This document shows, one piece after another, positions 24,478 through 37,819 of a stretch of DNA of 64,000 nt. Position 1 is the stretch's first letter, and each line of letters opens with the position of its first letter. The translations under genes and the position numbers were made by a program. The DNA lies in assembly GCA_964016885.1 (NCBI GenBank), contig OZ024763.1, forward strand, positions 3,658,001 through 3,722,000, read 5' to 3'. Below the pieces are notes generated by a model that was given only the letters and a program-made list of their open reading frames with translations, was not told the DNA's origin and did no database searches. The stretch is from Eledone cirrhosa (taxonomy: Eukaryota).

Positions 24478-25556
24478 CCCTTTATCATTCGCATTAATTT
24501 TCAAACGTCATGCTTATCTGTTCGCATTATTTTGAGTTAATCATACTCAAGAGGGTGATCAATTTTATTTGTTTGTAATTTTCTTAATTTTCTATGTGCA
24601 GACTTGAAATTTTGTCAGTAGATGTTTAAATATCAATAATTTACAATTATATAATTTTACCTGATTTTTCTTTGGTCAAATTTGACTTTTATGGGCAGGT
24701 GAAATTAATTAATAGGGACATTTGAAGTATCAACCAGGTGCAAATACTGGTTTAATTTTAAATACGTTGTTTTCAGCATAATACTTGATATATAAGAATC
24801 ACTAAATCTTATATCAGTGTTCCAGTAATTCCACAGTCTTGGAAATTGTTTTATACTGAATATAATATTTATGGTAAAAAATGCTTGCATTTCCACAGCA
24901 TCTGTCGGTCGCTAAACAGATCGGGTTTTCCTCAATTTGAAATCTGTTGTTGGGCATATCGATTAATCTCTTCTGCCATAACTTCGAACAAAGTTTGTGG
25001 TAAAAACAAAAAGAAATAATCCAGTGCTTTAGATTCAGGAGCTAACATGTGTTGTGGACCAGTAATTTGAATAAAATTGGTGTGGTATTTTTCAACTAAG
25101 TTGCTGTAATATTTTCAATGGCGCCCTGGAGTCTCCTTCGTTTTCACTTTCAAAACAACAACCATCGTTGGACGAAATTTCAGAAATATAAATATCAGAT
25201 TTATTTGAAGATAAATCACTAATATTATCGTTTGTTTGTTGTTTATTCTGAATGTCGTCGTGTGTAAAAACTTCAGTCGGTATCACTACTTTCACAAGCC
25301 ATGTTGATACAAAAAAAAAAATTTGTTGCACTTTCAAAGTTAAAAAAACACGTGTTGTTTTAAGTTGTTCCACTATATTAAGTGTTAATTTTCGCGGTAA
25401 AGACCTAATCTCGCAGCAGTCTCGAATTGACGAGATTTTGATGATGGTTTGTTTATTTTTAGAATGACTTTTTTTAGTGTGGGTGTTTTCGGGTGATTTC
25501 GGGCGGTTTGAACAAATGAAGGGGAAATAATTTCAGGCGGTTTGAACACTAAAGGG
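24478..25556 (-). mobile_element. degraded piggyBac transposon
   Basis: TTAA|CCCTTTA...TAAAGGG|TTAA; transposase relics ALDYFFLFLPQTLFEVMAEEINRYA and PRLWNYWNTD..ISSIM...LNQYLHLVD, acidic N-terminus. Confidence 0.82.
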
Positions 25557-25706
25557 TTAAAGGGTTAAGGAACACTGTATGCTGATAGTACGGGGATGCC
25601 TGTGATTCCCTCAGGAGTTACAGGTCCATAACATAACATTGCAAGGATATTGAAATGAAATGTCTGTTATTTACATTGATGTGTGTCTACTTTTATTGTC
25701 TTTCAG

Positions 25707-25717
25707 ACGAAGACTGA
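25707..25717 (+). CDS. NCAPD2: probable terminal NCAPD2 coding exon (DED*)
   Basis: strong acceptor ttgtctttcag; phase 1 gives D-E-D-TGA; AATAAA at 26014-26019; see finding on the alternative frames. Confidence 0.6.
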
Positions 25718-25991
25718 ACCTTCAGATGGCAGCGACAACGAAGACTTCATTCCGGCTGCTAAGACATCTGAGTAAAAGGATGAGGTCAACCAGGAGGCAG
25801 AACTCATCCCCACTGAAGCCTGTCAGCTGAAGTTTTTGTAGATATGTATATATACACAATGTATAGCAGACATTGAGGTCCAAACATTCAACACGGTCAT
25901 TCTCTCTCACAAAGATGTATATATATATGTATATACATATATATATATATACATATGTGTGTGTATGTATGTATATATATATATATATATA

Positions 25992-26392
25992 TAAAATATT
26001 AAAAAAAATAATGAATAAACAAAGAAACAGTTCCTTATATTAAACAAAAAAAGTTCATTATTTAACGATCGTTTCTAGGACATATATGTGTTAGAATTGG
26101 CATGCATATTCAAAAGATCTATGTACAAAATTATACAAACTATCAAAGAGAATATACATACCAACACATATATATGCTGTCTTCAGAAATAATCCGTCAG
26201 AAGACAGCATATATATGTGTTGGTATGTATATTCTCTTTGATAGTTTGTATAATTTTGTACATAGATCTTTTGAATATGCATGCCAATTCTAACACATAT
26301 ATGTCCTAGAAACGATCGTTAAATAATGAACTTTTTTTGTTTAATATAAGGAACTGTTTCATTGTTTTATTCATTATTTTTTTAATATTTTA
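25992..26392. repeat. ~190-bp-arm near-perfect inverted repeat (fold-back element) between (TA)n tracts
   Basis: 26000-26184 is the reverse complement of 26200-26385, with a ~15-nt spacer; mirror-image ORFs 26091-26282(-) and 26102-26293(+). Confidence 0.95.
26057..26193 (-). ncRNA. type I hammerhead ribozyme motif with 104-nt stem II
   Basis: minus strand: ATTATTT-CTGAAGA-(long hairpin incl. TTGGTATGTATATTC/GAATATGCATGCCAA)-GAAA-CGATCG-TT-AAATAAT; palindromic stem III; first stem II pair is a C-A mismatch. Confidence 0.68.
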
Positions 26393-26512
26393 TCTTGACT
26401 CTGTATTCCGTTTATCTTTCACCGAAAGTGATCTCTTCTTTCCATGATATCCGGATTACATTGAGTTGTTCATACGGATTGAACACTACCGTAAACTTTT
26501 GGTAGATTTATC

Positions 26513-26556
<44 letters not shown>

Positions 26557-26651
26557 TCTTACGTTAACTATTTTTCCCATTTTGACACTATAGTCCCTTA
26601 TATATTATGGAATACTGTTGGCTTTCCGCTACAATGTTTTCTATACCTTTC

Positions 26652-26738
<87 letters not shown>

Positions 26739-26861
26739 TTAACTTTTCACTATACATACATTTCACTCACCCAAGTATTGAGTACTTAACCAAACGTATT
26801 ACTAGTCTTAACTGGTGACTCTCTGTGTGTGTGGTTATGTAATTAACAACATAAGACAATT

Positions 26862-26936
26862 ATTCCATTTACCAAAGGTTTCACGAAGCCAGACAAGCTC
26901 AAGACAGTCGTCTGAAATGGCTCATCAGAATGAAAT
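26862..26936 (-). ncRNA. type I hammerhead ribozyme motif (mirror copy)
   Basis: minus strand reads ATTTCATT-CTGATGA-gccatttcagacga...ttgtctggcttcgt-GAAA-CCTTTGG-TA-AATGGAAT. Confidence 0.72.
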
Positions 26937-26959
26937 TTTATTTGAAGACTTCAAATAAA

Positions 26960-27034
26960 ATTTCATTCTGATGAGCCATTCCAGACGACTGTGTTGAGCT
27001 CGTCTGTCTTTGTGAAACCTTTGGTAAATGGAAT
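26960..27034 (+). ncRNA. type I hammerhead ribozyme motif
   Basis: stem I ATTTCATT/AATGGAAT, CTGATGA at 26968-26974, 39-nt stem II domain (CAGACGA/TCGTCTG), GAAA at 27014-27017, stem III CC-TTT-GG, GUA site (cut after 27026). Confidence 0.75.
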
Positions 27035-27122
27035 AATTGTCTTATGTTGTTAATTACATAACTATATAGCTCTGTAGTATATATATAGAGAGCACTTTCC
27101 TTTCCTTTACCTTTCTTACGGA

Positions 27123-27176
<54 letters not shown>

Positions 27177-27363
27177 TAAGATGCAGTTTCACATTGAAGG
27201 TTTTTATTAATTAAACTCAGTTACGGACGTTTCACAGATGGTTGGCTCAGGATCCTTAGATAAGATTAGAAGAGATTAGGGGCTGGATTCTGGTCTATAA
27301 CACAAACAGAGACCCTGGGCCTAATCAATAGAAACCTCAATGTGAAACCTCATTTTCTTCTGA

Positions 27364-27395
<32 letters not shown>

Positions 27396-27859
27396 TATAT
27401 ATAATATATACATATATATAATATATACTTATATATAATATATACATTTATATAATATATATATATATATATAATATATACATATATATAATATATACAT
27501 ATATATAATATATACATTTATATAATGATGATGATGATGATGATATATATATAATATACATATATATAATGTATACATTTATATAATATATACATATATA
27601 TATATGTTATATATTTTCTATATTTCTATGACACACGTATCTGTGTGCCCACTTGGTCATAGAGCCATCACATAGTATGGGGGAGGGGGACATTATGCTG
27701 TTTAGCAATGCTAAACAAGCTTAACTGTACCTGTCCTAGGGACGACAAATCCGAAGTTGCTGCAAACCAAATGTAGAAATGTGCTTTACCAAACAATGTT
27801 GTGTTTAAGAAAGGAAGTAGTCGATGATATGTCTGAGTATGTAGAGATGTAATTTGTGT

Positions 27860-30800
27860 GTCCAGGTGTGATTTGATTGAGACAGGTGTACAAGTGTGAT
27901 TTGATTTGTGTACAGGTGTGATTTGATTGAGACAGGTGTACAAGTGTGATTTGATTGTGTACAGGTGTGATGTGAGTGGAGACAGGTGTACAAGTGTGAT
28001 TTGATTGTGTACAGGTGTGATGTGAGTGGAGACAGGTGTACAAGTGTGATTTGATTTGTGTAGAGGTGTGATGTGAGTGGAGACAGGTGTACAAGTGTGA
28101 TTTGATTTGTGTAGAGGTGTGATGTGAGTGGAGACAGGTGTACAAGTGTGATTTGATTGTGTACAGGTGTGATGTGAGTGGAGACAGGTGTACAAGTGTG
28201 ATTTGATTGTGTACAGGTGTGATGTGAGTGGAGACAGGTGTACAAGTGTGATTTGATTGTGTACAGGTGTGATGTGAGTGGAGACAGGTGTACAAGTGTG
28301 ATTTGATTTGTGTAGAGGTGTGATGTGAGTGGAGACAGGTGTACAAGTGTGATTTGATTGTGTACAGGTGTGATGTGAGTGGAGACTTGTGTACAGGTGT
28401 GATGTGAGTGGAGACAGGTGTACAAGTGTGATTCGATTGTGTACAGGTGTGATGTGAGTGGAGACAGGTGTACAAGTGTGATTTGATTGTGTACAGGTGT
28501 GATGTGAGTGGAGACTTATATATAATATATACATTTATATAATATATATATATATATATAATATATACATATATATAATATATACATATATATAATATAT
28601 ACATTTATATAATGATGATGATGATGATATATATATAATATACATATATATAATGTATACATTTATATAATATATACATATATATATATGTTATATATTT
28701 TCTATATTTCTATGACACACGTATCTGTGTGCCCACTTGGTCATAGAGCCATCACATAGTATGGGGGAGGGGGACATTATGCTGTTTAGCAATGCTAAAC
28801 AAGCTTAACTGTACCTGTCCTAGGGACGACAAATCCGAAGTTGCTGCAAACCAAATGTAGAAATGTGCTTTACCAAACAATGTTGTGTTTAAGAAAGGAA
28901 GTAGTCGATGATATGTCTGAGTATGTAGAGATGTAATTTGTGTGTCCAGGTGTGATTTGATTGAGACAGGTGTACAAGTGTGATTTGATTTGTGTACAGG
29001 TGTGATTTGATTGAGACAGGTGTACAAGTGTGATTTGATTGTGTACAGGTGTGATGTGAGTGGAGACAGGTGTACAAGTGTGATTTGATTGTGTACAGGT
29101 GTGATGTGAGTGGAGACAGGTGTACAAGTGTGATTTGATTTGTGTAGAGGTGTGATGTGAGTGGAGACAGGTGTACAAGTGTGATTTGATTTGTGTAGAG
29201 GTGTGATGTGAGTGGAGACAGGTGTACAAGTGTGATTTGATTGTGTACAGGTGTGATGTGAGTGGAGACAGGTGTACAAGTGTGATTTGATTGTGTACAG
29301 GTGTGATGTGAGTGGAGACTTGTGTACAAGTGTGATTTGATTGTGTACAGGTGTGATGTGAGTGGAGACAGGTGTACAAGTGTGATTTGATTGTGTACAG
29401 GTGTGATGTGAGTGGAGACAGGTGTACAAGTGTGATTTGATTGTGTACAGGTGTGATGTGAGTGGAGACTTGTGTACAAGTGTGATTTGATTGTGTACAG
29501 GTGTGATGTGAGTGGAGACAGGTGTACAAGTGTGATTTGATTGTGTACAGGTGTGATGTGAGTGGAGACTTGTGTACAAGTGTGATTTGATTGTGTACAG
29601 GTGTGATGTGAGTGGAGACAGGTGTACAAGTGTGATTTGATTGTGTACAGGTGTGATGTGAGTGGAGACAGGTGTACAAGTGTGATTTGATTGTGTACAG
29701 GTGTGATGTGAGTGGAGACAGGTGTACAAGTGTGATTTGATTGTGTACAGGTGTGATGTGAGTGGAGACAGGTGTACAAGTGTGATTTGATTGTGTACAG
29801 GTGTGATGTGAGTGGAGACAGGTGTACAAGTGTGATTTGATTGTGTACAGGTGTGATGTGAGTGGAGACAGGTGTACAAGTGTGATTTGATTGTGTACAG
29901 GTGTGATGTGAGTGGAGACTTGTGTACAGGTGTGATGTGAGTGGAGACAGGTGTACAAGTGTGATTTGATTGTGTACAGGTGTGATGTGAGTGGAGACAG
30001 GTGTACAAGTGTGATTTGATTTGTGTAGAGGTGTGATGTGAGTGGAGACAGGTGTACAAGTGTGATTTGATTGTGTACAGGTGTGATGTGAGTGGAGACA
30101 GGTGTACAAGTGTGATTTGATTGTGTACAGGTGTGATGTGAGTGGAGACAGGTGTACAAGTGTGATTTGATTTGTGTAGAGGTGTGATGTGAGTGGAGAC
30201 AGGTGTACAAGTGTGATTTGATTGTGTACAGGTGTGATGTGAGTGGAGACTTGTGTACAGGTGTGATGTGAGTGGAGACAGGTGTACAAGTGTGATTCGA
30301 TTGTGTACAGGTGTGATGTGAGTGGAGACAGGTGTACAAGTGTGATTTGATTGTGTACAGGTGTGATGTGAGTGGAGACAGGTGTACAAGTGTGATTTGA
30401 TTTGTGTAGAGGTGTGATGTGAGTGGAGACAGGTGTACAAGTGTGATTCGATTGTGTACAGGTGTGATGTGAGTGGAGACAGGTGTACAAGTGTGATTTG
30501 ATTTGTGTAGAGGTGTGATGTGAGTGGAGACAGGTGTACAAGTGTGATTTGATTGTGTACAGGTGTGATGTGAGTGGAGACAGGTGTACAAGTGTGATTT
30601 GATTGTGTACAGGTGTGATGTGAGTGGAGACAGGTGTACAAGTGTGATTTGATTGTGTACAGGTGTGATGTGAGTGGAGACAGGTGTACAAGTGTGATTT
30701 GATTGTGTACAGGTGTGATGTGAGTGGAGACAGGTGTACAAGTGTGATTTGATTGTGTACAGGTGTGATGTGAGTGGAGACAGGTGTACAAGTGTGATTT

Positions 30801-31040
30801 GATTGTGTAGAGGTGTGATGTGAGTGGAGACAGGTGTACAAGTGTGATTTGATTGTGTACAGGTGTGATGTGAGTGGAGACAGGTGTACAAGTGTGATTT
30901 GATTGTGTACAGGTGTGATGTGAGTGGAGACAGGTGTACAAGTGTGATTCGATTGTGTACAGGTGTGATGTGAGTGGAGACAGATGTACAGGTGGTGTAA
31001 TTTGTGCGAGGACAGGTGTGATGTGAGTGGAGACAGGTGT
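27860..31040. repeat. 50-bp minisatellite in two blocks (27860-28516 and 28945-31040)
   Basis: GAGACAGGTGTACAAGTGTGATTTGATTGTGTACAGGTGTGATGTGAGTG. Confidence 0.97.
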
Positions 31041-31564
31041 AATTTGTGTGAGGAGACAGATGTGGTCAGGTGTAAATGTGTAATTTGAGTGTGTACAGAT
31101 ATAATGTAAAAGGAGACAGCTGTGTACAGGTGTGATCTGAGTGTGTACAGGTGTAAATATGAATGTGTGTGCATATGTGTAATTTGAAAGAAGACAGGTG
31201 TGTACAGGTATAATGTAAGTGAGGACAGGTGTGTCCAGCTATAAAGTGAATGAAGAAAGGACTTCAATTCAATACCTTGTTACATCTAATTAGTTATTCA
31301 TTATTCATTTAAACTTCACAGAAATTGGGTTTTTTTTGTTTTGTTTTTTCTTCATTTAATTTTTCAAACTTCAATTTATTCATTTATCTTTACATATTTT
31401 TTTTTTGTTTTATATTCTGTTAATATCTTTTCTTACAAATTTGTCTTTCGTTATGTTTCATTTTAATTAATTAATTCAATACAGTAAGTCCCCAACGTAC
31501 TAACGAGTTTGTTAGCTGATTTGTTCTTTAGTTGATCATCTAACATAGGAACCAGTATGAACAT

Positions 31565-33508
31565 CTATATATATAGAGGTATATATATGTATATATATAT
31601 ACAGTATATATATACAGTATATAGAGGTATATATATACAGTATATAGAGGTATATATATATATACAGTATATAGAGGTATATATATATATACAGTATATA
31701 GAGGTATATATATATATATATACAGTATATAGAGGTATATATATATATATACAGTATATAGAGGTATATATATATATATACAGTATATAGAGGTATATAT
31801 ATATATACAGTATATAGAGGTATATATATACAGTATATAGAGGTATATATATATATATACAGTATATAGAGGTATATATATATATATATACAGTATATAG
31901 AGGTATATATATATATATACAGTATATAGAGGTATATATATATATATATACAGTATATAGAGGTATATATATATATATACAGTATATAGAGGTATATATA
32001 TATATATACAGTATATAGAGGTATATATATATATATACAGTATATAGAGGTATATATATACAGTATATAGAGGTATATATATATACAGTATATAGAGGTA
32101 TATATATATACAGTATATAGAGGTATATATATATATACAGTATATAGAGGTATATATATATATATACAGTATATAGAGGTATATATATATATATACAGTA
32201 TATAGAGGTATATATATACAGTATATAGAGGTATATATATATATACAGTATATAGAGGTATATATATATATACAGTATATAGAGGTATATATATATATAC
32301 AGTATATAGAGGTATATATATACAGTATATAGAGGTATATATATATATACAGTATATAGAGGTATATATATATATACAGTATATAGAGGTATATATATAT
32401 ATATACAGTATATAGAGGTATATATATATATATACAGTATATAGAGGTATATATATATATATGCAGTATATAGAGGTATATATATATATATACAGTATAT
32501 AGAGGTATATATATATATATACAGTATATAGAGGTATATATATATATATACAGTATATAGAGGTATATATATATATATATATACAGTATATAGAGGTATA
32601 TATATATATACAGTATATAGAGGTATATATATATATATATACAGTATATAGAGGTATATATATATATATACAGTATATAGAGGTATATATATATATATAC
32701 AGTATATAGAGGTATATATATATATATACAGTATATAGAGGTATATATATATATATACAGTATATAGAGGTATATATATATATATACAGTATATAGAGGT
32801 ATATATATATATACAGTATATAGAGGTATATATATATATACAGTATATAGAGGTATATATATATATACAGTATATAGAGGTATATATATACAGTATATAG
32901 AGGTATATATATATATACAGTATATAGAGGTATATATATATATACAGTATATAGAGGTATATATATATATATACAGTATATAGAGGTATATATATATATA
33001 TACAGTATATAGAGGTATATATATATATACAGTATATAGAGGTATATATATATATATATACAGTATATAGAGGTATATATATATATATATATACAGTATA
33101 TAGAGGTATATATATATATATATACAGTATATAGAGGTATATATATATATACAGTATATAGAGGTATATATATATATATACAGTATATAGAGGTATATAT
33201 ATATATACAGTATATAGAGGTATATATATATACAGTATATAGAGGTATATATATATATATACAGTATATAGAGGTATATATATATATATACAGTATATAG
33301 AGGTATATATATATATACAGTATATAGAGGTATATATATACAGTATATAGAGGTATATATATATATACAGTATATAGAGGTATATATATATATACAGTAT
33401 ATAGAGGTATATATATATATACAGTATATAGAGGTATATATATATACAGTATATAGAGGTATATATATATATATACAGTATATAGAGGTATATATATACA
33501 GTATATAG

Positions 33509-33555
<47 letters not shown>
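31565..33555. repeat. CAGTATATAGAGG(TA)n variable-length satellite
   Basis: ~22-32-bp units for 2 kb, ending at the mariner TA site. Confidence 0.97.
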
Positions 33556-34833
<1,278 letters not shown>

Positions 34834-34964
34834 AATATAACATGTAATAATGAATTTAATTACTGTAAAGCTAATGACAATAAATTATTAAAGAAAAAAG
34901 TACTTTTTCAATTCTGCAAAAACAGATTGGAATCCCATACTGTTGGTAGGGTTTCAGCTTGTTT

Positions 34965-35310
34965 TTATACTGCAAAGAAGGAACCCTTTTTATGCTACAA
35001 GAGAAGGGACCCTGTTTTATGTTGCAAAAGAAGGGACCCTTTTTTATGCTGCAAAAGAAGGAACCTTTTTTATGCTACAAGAGAAGGAACCCTGTTTTAT
35101 GTTGCAAAAGAAGGGACCCTTTTTTATGCTGCAAAAGAAGGAACCTTTTTTATGCTACAAGAGAAGGAACCCTGTTTTATGTTGCAAAAGAAGGGACCCT
35201 TTTTTTATAATACGAAAGAAGGAACCCTTTTTTATGCTACAAAAGAAGGAACCCTGTTTTTATACTGCGAAAGAAGGAACCCTTTTTTATACTGCAAAAG
35301 AAGGAACCCA
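34965..35310. repeat. ~22-bp tandem repeat
   Basis: AAAAGAAGG(A/G)ACCCTTTTTTATGCTGC variants. Confidence 0.9.
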
Positions 35311-36570
35311 GGGCTCGAAAAAGCCCATAAAAACAAACCAGCTTCTTCACCAGTTTTTTCTTGTCTCTCCTCTCATTTGTAAAAGGTAAATTGTTAAGGA
35401 AATCACACAAAGAAATAGAATCAAGATGACGGCAAAACACAACCACAGTTTGTTGGGGGTGGGTAAGCACACAAGACTGAGCGTGAGGTCTGTCAGGGGT
35501 GGGTAAACATGCAAGACTGAACGTGAGGAATTAAGTTGTGAAGCAGTAGAGGGCATGCAAACCGTGACCTGATTTCAAACCTTAACTTTTTTTTTTTTTT
35601 TTTTTTTTTCAACTCTCACAAAGTTTATTTTTCTTCGTGAAATTATTCGTATCTGCGAAAGTTCATACCTGCAGAAGTTCATTAGTAGGATGTTCATAAG
35701 GTGGGGACTTGCTGTATATTTATATTTTTTCACTGACAAACTTTTGTATTTAATTTTGGTTCAATATTTTATTTATATTTTTTTACCAAAAAACTGTCAT
35801 ATTGTTTTTTGGTTTTTGTTTTTGTTTTTTTTTTGTTTGTTTAATATTTTTAATATCATTTTTTTTTTTTTTTCGCAGACATACGTTATTAATTGGTTTG
35901 TAATCAGTTTCACAGTTCATTATAATTAGTCGTGTATAAATAAACCAGAATTTCACTCAAATTATTTTTTTCCATTAATTTCTTTCATTTTTTTGTCTTT
36001 ATTTTGTTCTTTACCCCTTTTTTGATACAAAATCACCAGAAACCTCCCCATCTTCTCCTTGTTTCTGTGATATAAATTGTTATAAATCTGTTTTTGGATT
36101 TTCAGTCTCATCATTAGATTGTATAGTGTTGTTTCTGTCTTTATTTCAGAGCAGGCAAATGGGATTTTTACTGTTAGATTTTTGTGCCATATGCGTGCTT
36201 TATACATGTGTTACTAATGCATATTGTGTGTTGTTTTATACATGTGTTACTAATGTGTATTGTGTATGTGTGTTATGTATGTTTGTGTTTGAACTAATGT
36301 GTATGTTATCTGAGTGTTTATCTGAAGTCTGTCTCGAGCCAGAAGGTTCATCAAGCCGGTTTCCGTACAAGACCCTCTTCCCTGGACAGGACACCAGTCC
36401 ACCACAGGGTTAAAGTCTATCCAGAGCCCGGAGATTCATCAGGCCGGTACTTATCCCAGAGTCCGTGGTGTGAAGCAACTGAGAGTATAAGACTCCCACC
36501 TGGACAAGATGACAGTCTATTGCACTGTTGCCCCACACACACACACACATGTGGCCCCTTTTGGGGGAAA

Positions 36571-36748
36571 TCAGTAGAGAGATGACTTTGAGACAGCACT
36601 GACTATTGGGTCACACGATGACCTCGGGGTTGTGGTCAGTTTAAAGCTTGTCGGTTGTTTCTTGGTCACCTTTTGATAGCCAATGGTCTCCAGAAGTGCA
36701 CCTCTGAAGCGTGAACCTGTCACACAATACATGCAGAAGTTGAGGCAC
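36571..36748 (-). CDS. GPCR coding exon 2 (end of TM7, helix 8, C-tail)
   Basis: acceptor ctctctcaacag; joins in phase to give LLYINRCLNFCMYCVTGSRFRGAL...SSLY*. Confidence 0.88.
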
Positions 36749-37477
36749 CTGTTGAGAGAGAGAGAAGGAATGAATGGGTGACTAAGGAGAAAGAGAGATA
36801 GATATTTATAGATAAGGGGCTGTAGGAGAAACAATAGTACTAAGACAAGATGGAGTAAATGGATTAAGACCAAAAACAAGCAAGTGAAGGTAGAGGGAAG
36901 AACAGTCATTGAGAAGGTTACAGTATGTGTAATGAAAGAACTTTGTTGAACTAATTAACAACCAATAGTAATAGAGCTGAAGTGAAAGTAACTCCTTTTT
37001 TGCCAGCTGAATGGACTGGAGGAATGTGAAATAAAGTGTCTTGCTCAAGGACATAGTGCATTGACCAGTCCAGGAATCAAACTCATGACCTAAGGATCGT
37101 AAACTGAGCACCTTAGCCACTAGGCCATACAACTGTGTGTGTGTATATATATGATGATGATCATCATCATCATCATTATCACCATTTAACGTCCATTTTT
37201 CCACATCAGTGTGGATTAGATTAGTTGTTCCGTTGTAAAACAAATCAGATCAGATGACCATGTCTTGCTCATACAGAACTGATTTTGTTTTGGTTTCTAT
37301 GGCTGGATGCCCTTCCTAAGGCTAACCACACTTACACTGTGGACTGGGTGCTTTTAATCATGTCACTTACACAACCACTTTAGAGTGGACTGGGTGCTTT
37401 TTATTATGACACCAGAACAACTACTTTACAATTTGGACTGTAAGCCATACATCTGTGTTTGTTTGTTTGTGTGTGTG

Positions 37478-37531
<54 letters not shown>

Positions 37532-37723
37532 GGGTGGCCCAAAAGTCACACAGGGATTTTAGTTTTTATTAACTTCCTGAATTGTACAGATTGATGTATG
37601 AAATGTTGATACAACTTAAAGGACATAATGGAAATTATTTTGTACTCGTCAATCCTTGTCACACCTCTACATTACCACAATATTATAAAATAAAAGAATT
37701 ATAAAGTTGTGACCCCTGTGTGA

Positions 37724-37756
<33 letters not shown>

Positions 37757-37819
37757 TTTTTATTTTTTTTAAAGGCCACCCTTAATATAATATATGTACG
37801 TGTGGGTGTATGTATATCA

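Larger units (their letters stand above)
441..25717 (+). other. NCAPD2: Condensin complex subunit 1 (CAP-D2) gene, 5'-incomplete; 23 coding exons in window
   Basis: Exons join in consistent phase with GT-AG sites; peptides such as RLSDKTAIVRRYAIQLL..NPF, LGDLSSLFPNLIEPWTAHMYARLRD, LILNDMVKIKGQISEMA and NAIYNILADIISRLSDP match conserved CAP-D2/Cnd1 HEAT-repeat motifs. Confidence 0.96.
26834..27062. repeat. 114-bp-arm palindrome centred at 26948
   Basis: ...ATTTGAAG-A-CTTCAAAT...; arms differ at about five positions. Confidence 0.95.

Noticed and set aside
27668-31267. Long His/Thr-rich ORFs (up to 792 aa)
   Set aside because: All three frames are open because the 50-bp satellite lacks stops on that strand; no domain or splice support
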